From positions 1-40,511 of the forward strand of contig DAIPKT010000001.1 of the NCBI GenBank assembly GCA_036769645.1: 40,511 bases of DNA, written 5' to 3'. A model generated the notes under the pieces. The model saw only the letters and a list, made by a program, of their open reading frames with translations. It made no database searches and was not told the origin of the DNA. A program made the translations under genes and the position numbers. This document shows, one piece after another, positions 34,801 through 40,511 of this stretch. The stretch is from a bacterium. GTDB lineage: Bacteria; Patescibacteriota; Minisyncoccia; Minisyncoccales; DG-74-1. How positions within the stretch are numbered: position 1 is the stretch's first letter; each line of letters begins with the position of its first letter.

Positions 34801-35999
34801 GGTATGAATATTTTAAAAATTCGTTTTAATTTAGAACCTATTCCTTCATTGGAAAAAGAAGGTTTCATTGTTTCTTTTTCCAAATCCTGGCCCAAGAGGA
34901 CTAAGCCGGCCACCGTGGCCAGACTTAAATCTTCATCCAAGTCTTCAATTCCTTTTGGTTTTCCCAGTCTGACCGGCAAATGAAATTCTTTCTTAGCCAG
35001 TTCAGTTATTCTTGGCAATTTCGCTCCTCCACCAGTCAAAACTATTCCGGCTGGTAAAAGTTTCTCTTTTGAAATTTTCTTTAATTCTCGGTTAATTTCT
35101 CGAAAAATTTCAGAAACTCTAACTGAAATAATATTTGTCAGCTGTTTCTGAGAGAAAACTAAAGTCTCTTCTTTATTTAATTTTATTTTCTCTCTTTTTT
35201 GGCCATTTTTTAAAAGACAATTTCCAAATTCAATTTTGATTCTTTCAGCAATATCAATATCGGTTTTTAAACCAATGGCAATATCATTGGTAATATTAGC
35301 TGAGCCAATTGGTAAAATAGCTAAATGGGTTAAATTCCCTTCTTCAAAAACTGCCAGATCACTAGTTCCGGCTCCAATATCTAAAATCGCCACTCCCAAT
35401 TCTTTTTGCTTCTCAGTCAAAACTGCTCGGCCAGAAGCTATTGGGGAGGGTACCATATCTAAAATTTGTAATCCCGAATCTAAAACTGCCTTGGTTAAAT
35501 TTTTAAAATAGGGAGAAAAGCCACCTAAAACTAAAACTTCAACTTCCAATCTTACCCCCTTTAAACCTAAAGGCTCTTTTATTCCTCTTTCTCCATCAAT
35601 GATAAATTCTTTTGGTATGACATCAAAAATTTCTTTATTAGAAGGAAGATTAATCGTCTGGGCAGCCTGTAAAACCCGATTGATATCTTCTTCCGAAATT
35701 TTCTGGTCAGCCCGAGAGACAGCAATTGTCCCCCGAGAAGGCATTGAAAACAAATGCGAGCCGCCAATATTCAAATAGAGAGATTCAATTTTCTGAACTT
35801 CCTCTTTTATTTTCAAAAAATTTTCTCTCAAAATTTGAGAAACTTCCTCAGGATGAATAACCACTCCCCTTCTAATTCCTGAAGAAGGTGCCTCTTGATA
35901 ATTGAGAACTTCTAATCCCTCGGGCTTTCTCTTTGCCACCAAAATCTTAATATTTTGGCTCCCAATATCTAAACCACAAATTAAATTGGTTTTAGCCAT
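34797..35999 (-). CDS. ftsA: Cell division protein FtsA
   Basis: Actin-fold motifs 'GLDIGSQNIK', 'LDIGAGTSD' and 'GIVLTGGGAKL'. The C-terminus 'KLKRIFKIFIP' is an amphipathic membrane-targeting helix. Confidence 0.9.
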   Translation of the reverse strand: MAKTNLICGLDIGSQNIKILVAKRKPEGLEVLNYQEAPSSGIRRGVVIHPEEVSQILRENFLKIKEEVQKIESLYLNIGGSHLFSMPSRGTIAVSRADQKISEEDINRVLQAAQTINLPSNKEIFDVIPKEFIIDGERGIKEPLGLKGVRLEVEVLVLGGFSPYFKNLTKAVLDSGLQILDMVPSPIASGRAVLTEKQKELGVAILDIGAGTSDLAVFEEGNLTHLAILPIGSANITNDIAIGLKTDIDIAERIKIEFGNCLLKNGQKREKIKLNKEETLVFSQKQLTNIISVRVSEIFREINRELKKISKEKLLPAGIVLTGGGAKLPRITELAKKEFHLPVRLGKPKGIEDLDEDLSLATVAGLVLLGQDLEKETMKPSFSNEGIGSKLKRIFKIFIP

Positions 36000-36406
36000 T
36001 ATTTAAAAATTAAACTTAAATAATAATTTTCTTTTTCTGCCATTTTTTGGCCTGCCTTTTCCGATTTCTCATGGTCATATCCCAAAAGATGGAAAATCCC
36101 ATGGATTAAAACTCGGATTAATTCCTTTTCAAAAGTCTCTCCAAATCTTTTGGCATTTTTCTTAATCTCCCTTAGACAAATTACTATTTCTCCTAACCCT
36201 AAGTTTTTATTGGGAAAAGCTAAGACATCAGTGACTCGATTTTTTCCCCGATATTTTTTATTCAATTTCCTCATCCTTCCTTGACCAACCAAGGCAATTG
36301 ATAAATCAGCCTCTTTTTTATTCTCGCTCTCCAGAACCTTTTCAGCAACTTTTTTTAAAAATTCTTCATCAATCTGAACCGTAGTTAAATTATTAATCTC
36401 AATCAT
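35999..36406 (-). CDS. ybeY: rRNA maturation endoribonuclease YbeY
   Basis: 'HGIFHLLGYDH' zinc motif. 135 aa. Confidence 0.9.
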   Translation of the reverse strand: MIEINNLTTVQIDEEFLKKVAEKVLESENKKEADLSIALVGQGRMRKLNKKYRGKNRVTDVLAFPNKNLGLGEIVICLREIKKNAKRFGETFEKELIRVLIHGIFHLLGYDHEKSEKAGQKMAEKENYYLSLIFK

Positions 36407-36972
36407 GAACTCTTTAATATTTCATTTAAAATTTTAATTGTTGACTGCTGAACTGCCCAATTTTTAATATAATTTAGGTCTAATTTGTTTTTCTGGATAT
36501 CTAAAACAGTTTTGATATCTTCTAAATGTCTTGATGATTTACTTTCTTTATACCAAATGAGTTTACTTAAAACTAAATCTTCAGGTGAAACAAAGAATAT
36601 TTTTTGTTTATCAATTTTTTTAGCTATCTTTCTTTCCAATTTTAATTTACCATAAATATCAACTCTGCCACCCTTTACCCAAAAATCTACTTTTAAACCA
36701 GTTTGAGGATGAATGAAATTAAATTCTCCTTTTTTTTCTAAGGCTTCTATCATTGCCTCTTGGCTTACATAAACATCTTTGTCTAGAGATAAAAGCTTCT
36801 TTGAAAGAAGGGGTAATTTTTGTGGAGATAGTTCCACAATTATATCAATATCGGCAGTATAACGAGGCTTTCCCCAGGCAGCTACTGCCATTCCACCAGT
36901 AACAGCGTAAGGAATCTTAAGCACCTCGAGAATTTTAGCTATTTTAGATAGGAGCGTTTCAGGAGTAATCAT
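36403..36972 (-). CDS. Minimal Pol-beta-superfamily nucleotidyltransferase-fold protein
   Basis: 'TGGMAVAAWGKPRYTADIDIIV' fits the GG-x13-DxD NTase signature. A helical C-terminal domain follows. Confidence 0.55.
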   Translation of the reverse strand: MITPETLLSKIAKILEVLKIPYAVTGGMAVAAWGKPRYTADIDIIVELSPQKLPLLSKKLLSLDKDVYVSQEAMIEALEKKGEFNFIHPQTGLKVDFWVKGGRVDIYGKLKLERKIAKKIDKQKIFFVSPEDLVLSKLIWYKESKSSRHLEDIKTVLDIQKNKLDLNYIKNWAVQQSTIKILNEILKSS

Positions 36973-37139
36973 TTTGATTTATTTTTATTTGATTTCGTAA
37001 TTATTTGAGATTCTTTTATTTTTTTTCCCAACATGAAAAGTTGGCTGGCAATTTTTATCTTTTTCTTTAGTGACATTTTTTGATAAATTTTATTTTGAAG
37101 CTTTTCCGCTTCTTTTGGGGTTAAAATAGTTTTATTCAT
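36969..37139 (-). CDS. Unannotated 56-aa Lys-rich ORF filling the gap between the yqeY-like and NTase genes
   Basis: Hand translation: MNKTILTPKEAEKLQNKIYQKMSLKKKIKIASQLFMLGKKIKESQIITKSNKNKSK*. Its ATG overlaps the upstream stop (ATGAATAA) and its TGA overlaps the NTase ATG (ATGA). Confidence 0.45.
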   Translation of the reverse strand: MNKTILTPKEAEKLQNKIYQKMSLKKKIKIASQLFMLGKKIKESQIITKSNKNKSK

Positions 37140-37692
37140 TTTTTGATGTTAGTAGTTCTTTGACTATTTTATTAACTAAACTACCTTCGGCTTTTCCTTT
37201 TACTTTTGGCATGAGTTCTGCCATTACCTTTCCTATATCTTTGAGTTCAGTCGCCCTGAGTTTTTCAATAACTTCCTTGGCTAATTTTTTGATTTCTTCT
37301 TCAGATAATTGTTCTGGTAAATATTTTTGCAAAATAGCAAGTTCGGCTTTCTCTTTGTCTATGAATTTCTCTATTTTCCCTTTTTCCCCACCTTCGCCTC
37401 TGGCTTCGGTGCATCCGCCGTAGCCTTTGGCGTAGGCGGAAAATTCTAAAATTGCCTCTTTTCTTTTTTTAATTTCAGAAGTGACAACTTCAATTACTTC
37501 ATCATCAGTTAGGCGACTTTCTTTTTCTAATTCTTTCCCAGTAAATTCTGGTTTTTCCTTGCTCAATTTATATCTTTTTTCTTTTTCCTTATTAAAAATA
37601 GCTGCTGAAAGAAGGCGTAAAACCGAAACCTTTAGTTCCTTTTTTTCTTTTAAAGCCGAATTTAAATCTTCTTGAATTTTTTCCTTTAACAT
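37132..37692 (-). CDS. GatB/YqeY domain protein (with Gly-rich insertion)
   Basis: 'LPEQLSEEEI' and 'GKVMAELMPKVKGKAEGSLVNKIV' are nearly identical to B. subtilis YqeY as I recall it. Confidence 0.8.
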   Translation of the reverse strand: MLKEKIQEDLNSALKEKKELKVSVLRLLSAAIFNKEKEKRYKLSKEKPEFTGKELEKESRLTDDEVIEVVTSEIKKRKEAILEFSAYAKGYGGCTEARGEGGEKGKIEKFIDKEKAELAILQKYLPEQLSEEEIKKLAKEVIEKLRATELKDIGKVMAELMPKVKGKAEGSLVNKIVKELLTSKNE

Positions 37693-37697
37693 TTTAA

Positions 37698-37916
37698 TTA
37701 TTCTATTTTGCCCAGTTTTTTCAATTTCTCATATTCTCTTTTCTTTTCTTCTCTTCTTAAAGCAGCTCTTTTTTTCATTTGCTCAGATTTTTCCCTTTCC
37801 TTGAAACGAACTTTTCTTGCCCTAACTAAAATTCCACTCTCTTGGAGAGCTCGGGTAAAACGGCGAATCAAGGCCTGAGAAGTTTCCCTTGGCTGTTTTT
37901 TAATTTCCAGGGCCAT
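37698..37916 (-). CDS. rpsU: 30S ribosomal protein bS21
   Basis: 'ALIRRFTRALQESGILVRARKVRFKEREKSEQMKKRA' is a typical S21 pattern. 72 aa. Confidence 0.85.
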   Translation of the reverse strand: MALEIKKQPRETSQALIRRFTRALQESGILVRARKVRFKEREKSEQMKKRAALRREEKKREYEKLKKLGKIE

Positions 37917-38253
37917 AGGCTAATAAATGCAAATGTAAGTGGTCAATTACCTGACCACCTGGCCGACCAACATTAATTTGTAATTTATATCCTTTTAAAT
38001 TTTTCTCCCTGGCAATTTTTTGGGCAGCTAAGATTAGCTCCCCCATCAATTCTTTATCCTCGAGTTCTAAATGATCTACTGAAGCGATATGTTTTTTTGG
38101 AATAATCAAAAGATGGATGGGAGCCTGGGGATGAATATCTTTAAAGGCAATGATCTTCCCATTTTCATAAACTATCTCAGCCGGCGCTTCCTTATTCACG
38201 ATTTTACAAAAAACACAGTTTGGCATATTTTTACTTTTTAAGTTTTTTTTCAA
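37900..38253 (-). CDS. HIT family (histidine triad) protein
   Basis: 'CVFCKI' and the 'HLHLHLL' histidine triad. Confidence 0.85.
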   Translation of the reverse strand: MKKNLKSKNMPNCVFCKIVNKEAPAEIVYENGKIIAFKDIHPQAPIHLLIIPKKHIASVDHLELEDKELMGELILAAQKIAREKNLKGYKLQINVGRPGGQVIDHLHLHLLAYGPGN

Positions 38254-39514
38254 TTTCTTTAATTACCTTTTCTATTTTTATCGTTTCCTGTCTTCCGGTA
38301 GCCATATCTCTGATTATTATTGTTCCTTCTAAGGCCTCTTTTTGGCCTAAAATTAAGGTATATTTTGCTCCAATTCGATCAGCCATTTTTAGCTGAGCTT
38401 TAAGAGAATCCCGGCCAAGCGACTCCCCAACCAAAATTTTGGCCTCCCTAAAATCCTCAATCAATTTTAAACTTTTTCTTTTGGCTAAATCTCCCAATTG
38501 AGCCAAAAAAACTTCAGCCCTCTTTTCTTTAGGAAATCTGATCGCTTTCGTCTTCATTAATTGAATTATTCTCTCTACCCCACCAGCTCCACCAACAGCT
38601 GGAGTCTCTTTTCCACCCAAAATTTTGACCAAGGTATCATATCTTCCACCAGCAACCAGAGTTCCCAATGCTTTGCCTTCCGGGGATTCCTCCATTATTT
38701 CAAAAACGGTTTTGGTGTAATAATCTAAGCCTCTAACTAAATAGGGGTTTAAATGATAAGGCAATTCTAACTCATCCAAAAATTCTAAAACTTCTTTAAA
38801 ATGTTGATGGCAGATTTCACAAAGATGGTCTAAAATCTGGGGAGCCTGGGCTTTGAGTGGCTGACATTTCTCTTCTTTACAATCTAAAATTCTTAAGGGA
38901 TTTTCTCTCAACCTCCGTCGACAATCTGGACAGAGAGCACCTTCCCGCGACCTAAAATAATTTACCAAGAGTTTTTTATAGTAAGGCCGGCACTGACTAT
39001 CGCCAATACTATTTACCTCAACAATTAAATTTTTCAATTTCAATTCTATTAAAATATTATAAAAAATTTGGATAATTTGGGCATCTACGACTGAACTCTC
39101 TTCTCCTAAAACTTCAAAGCCAAATTGCCAAAACTGGCGAAATCTACCTAACTGGGGGTGTTCGTAGCGAAAATAAGGACCGAAATACCAGAGCTTGACT
39201 GGTTGGGGAAGATTTTCCATTCCATGTTCAATATAGGCTCTGACTATTCCCGCTGTTTGTTCTGGTCTTAAAGCTAAATAATCTCCACCTTTGGTCCGGA
39301 GGGTAAACATTTGTTTTCCAATAATGTCAGTAGCTAGTCCTATTCCTTTGGAAAAAAGTTCGGCTTCTTCTAAAATTGGGGTCTCAATTTTTTGAAAATT
39401 ATAAAAATTGGCCATCTCCTGGCAGATGTCAAAAATCTTTTGAAAATATCTCTGCTCTTCTGGTAAAATATCATGCATTCCGGTTGGGGTTTGAAATTTA
39501 GGCTTCTTAGCCAT
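38231..39514 (-). CDS. hisS: Histidine--tRNA ligase
   Basis: 'PTGMHDILPEE', 'LRPEQTAG', 'FRYEHPQLGRFRQFWQFGFEVLG' and 'GGRYD'. Start set at 'MAKKPKFQTP' (ATG 39514), 1 nt after the lepB stop. The track's 23-codon upstream extension overlaps lepB. Confidence 0.93.
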   Translation of the reverse strand: MAKKPKFQTPTGMHDILPEEQRYFQKIFDICQEMANFYNFQKIETPILEEAELFSKGIGLATDIIGKQMFTLRTKGGDYLALRPEQTAGIVRAYIEHGMENLPQPVKLWYFGPYFRYEHPQLGRFRQFWQFGFEVLGEESSVVDAQIIQIFYNILIELKLKNLIVEVNSIGDSQCRPYYKKLLVNYFRSREGALCPDCRRRLRENPLRILDCKEEKCQPLKAQAPQILDHLCEICHQHFKEVLEFLDELELPYHLNPYLVRGLDYYTKTVFEIMEESPEGKALGTLVAGGRYDTLVKILGGKETPAVGGAGGVERIIQLMKTKAIRFPKEKRAEVFLAQLGDLAKRKSLKLIEDFREAKILVGESLGRDSLKAQLKMADRIGAKYTLILGQKEALEGTIIIRDMATGRQETIKIEKVIKEIEKKLKK

Positions 39515-39515
39515 A

Positions 39516-40070
39516 TTAATAAGTAGGTACTTCAAATTTAGCCAGGGCAGTAATTGGCCAGAGTCTAAGGAAGACTCGACCAATGATCTCTTTTCTTCTT
39601 AATGGTCCCCAGCGTCTTGAATCAGCCGAGGCCTCTCTATTATCTCCTAAGACAAAATATTCTTCCTCAGCTAAAGTCACTTTAATCTCTCCAGGAGTAA
39701 AAATACCGGGAGGAAGATATTCCGATTCATTTAAAATTTGCCTCCCTTTTTGATTATAAATTATCACCTTGCCTTCTTCAATCTCAACCCTTTCTCCTGG
39801 CAAACCAATAATTCTTTTAATATATCTTTGAGATGGATTTCCCGGATATTTAAAAACCACCACTTCTCCTCGCTGGGGATCTCTAAATCGATAGGAAATT
39901 TCATCAATAATTAAATAGTCACCACTTTCAAAGGTGGGTTCCATTGATTGGCCTCGGACAAAAAAGGGCTGAAAAATAAAATAGCGAATAGGAACCACTA
40001 TTAATAAAGCGATAATAACAATTTTTGTAATTTCCCAAATAAAAGTGAGGAAGTTTCTCATATTCTCCAT
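39516..40070 (-). CDS. lepB: Signal peptidase I
   Basis: N-terminal TM helix. 'GQSMEPTF' (catalytic Ser), 'YIKRIIGLPGE' (Lys) and 'GDNREASADSR'. Confidence 0.9.
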   Translation of the reverse strand: MENMRNFLTFIWEITKIVIIALLIVVPIRYFIFQPFFVRGQSMEPTFESGDYLIIDEISYRFRDPQRGEVVVFKYPGNPSQRYIKRIIGLPGERVEIEEGKVIIYNQKGRQILNESEYLPPGIFTPGEIKVTLAEEEYFVLGDNREASADSRRWGPLRRKEIIGRVFLRLWPITALAKFEVPTY

Positions 40071-40317
40071 TTTTTGGACTTTAAAAGTTCATAACCAATT
40101 ATCACCCTATTTATCCTCATCTGGCAAAACCTGGCCATAGTGCCATCTTTTTGTTTTGGGAACTCCTTCATATAAATTAAACTTTTAATTTCCTCAATTG
40201 ATAAGGATTAGGCTCATCTTCAATAACAATATCAACATTATCTAACTTTTCCAAAAATTTTTCAGTAATAGCCCTAATTTCTTTATTTACCAATTTTTCA
40301 AATTTTTTTCGTTCCAT
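40071..40317 (-). pseudogene. Decayed Zincin_1 (DUF1025)-type metallopeptidase remnant
   Basis: Frame A reads MERKKFEKLVNKEIRAITEKFLEKLDNVDIVIEDEPNPYQLRKLKV*. The +1 frame continues NLYEGVPKTKRWHYGQVLPDEDK*. A third frame reads INRVIIGYELL... The HExxH-containing C-terminus is absent because lepB starts at 40070. Confidence 0.45.
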
Positions 40318-40374
40318 GATTTTACAACCTTTTTTAAAAAGCTTCTAATTACTTATCACCTTTTTGCCAATTTT

Positions 40375-40511
40375 TTAAAATTTTTCTTTTTTACAATTAA
40401 ATCTTTTAAGATCTTTTTTGAATTTTTTTCTCATGGCTGCCTCAAATCCATCTAATTTATAAGTTATCTCAAATCTATTTTTATCATTTACTGGATAAAA
40501 AGGAGTACTGA
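40375..40511 (-). CDS. 3' end of an unidentified ORF that runs off the window
   Basis: Open frame ...STPFYPVNDKNRFEITYKLDGFEAAMRKKFKKDLKRFNCKKEKF*, with no recognisable family. Confidence 0.3.
   Translation of the reverse strand, partial: STPFYPVNDKNRFEITYKLDGFEAAMRKKFKKDLKRFNCKKEKF

Noticed and set aside
862-37675. Numerous 60-160-aa ORFs antisense to or nested in larger genes (862..1065, 1354..1551, 2693..2899, 9669..9854, 9851..10327, 9917..10099, 11002..11208, 16147..16485, 16302..16496, 17019..17225, 18227..18442, 18612..18914, 18688..18885, 21039..21251, 23127..23411, 25218..25586, 27863..28284, 28745..29299, 31861..32082, 34064..34630, 35236..35767, 37160..37675)
   Set aside because: Each lies opposite, or out of frame within, a gene with clear homology. 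Their compositions (Ser/Phe/Ile/Lys-rich) are what AT-rich antisense frames produce.
39515-39583. 23-codon upstream extension of hisS, and the analogous extensions at 16010..16063 and 12502..12525
   Set aside because: These extensions overlap the preceding genes and lack homology. Internal ATGs abutting the upstream stop give canonical N-termini.
1-40511. Alternative genetic code with TGA as sense (code 25/4), as seen in some CPR lineages
   Set aside because: TGA terminates many well-defined genes at the expected protein length, often in ATGA overlaps (for example 2210, 13179, 16067, 19279, 25898, 36969). Conserved proteins are full length under the standard code.
1-40511. CRISPR arrays, rRNA genes, transposases/IS elements, prophage blocks
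   Set aside because: No regularly spaced direct repeats, rRNA-like conserved stretches, or transposase or phage structural genes were seen. The only mobile elements are inteins.

Overview
AT-rich, very gene-dense bacterial chromosome segment. Many neighbouring genes overlap by 1-8 nt. TAA and TGA are the usual stops and TAG is rare. Gene content is housekeeping plus cell-envelope functions: uvrC, secG, galU, RNase J, trpS, hisS, lepB, rpsU, ybeY, ftsA-ftsZ, comEC, class III ribonucleotide reductase nrdD/nrdG, a MacB-type ABC pair, and a GT2/glycosidase/MFS/GT-B cluster. Several proteins have minimal domain architectures: UvrC lacks the HhH tail, ComEC lacks the beta-lactamase domain, and FtsZ stops at the end of its core. 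Together with the anaerobic RNR, this suggests a small-genome anaerobe of the CPR/Patescibacteria type (inference only). The strongest signal is intein load. The 2222-codon nrdD ORF is a ~706-aa NrdD interrupted by four full-length LAGLIDADG inteins, which take 1516 of its 2222 codons by my count. A fifth intein sits in a DUF2229/acyl-CoA-dehydratase-activase-related protein at its conserved PFGC|MPE motif. That gene heads a tight five-gene minus-strand operon with a BcrA/HgdC-type ATPase and three membrane or surface proteins (DUF2339-like, DUF3999-like). Other points worth a second look: a ~760-nt non-coding gap with stable hairpins and phased AATTAGG motifs; one tRNA-Leu(CAG) wedged between galU and rnj; an ABC ATPase broken at an A7 slippery run; a small membrane ORF interrupted only by TAG codons; ftsZ ending in TAG with a tail-like downstream frame; a PaaX-like gene bracketed by 38-nt hairpin-containing direct repeats; two unannotated small ORFs with strong signals; and a decayed metallopeptidase remnant. 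No rRNA, CRISPR array, transposase or recognisable defence-system gene was seen.
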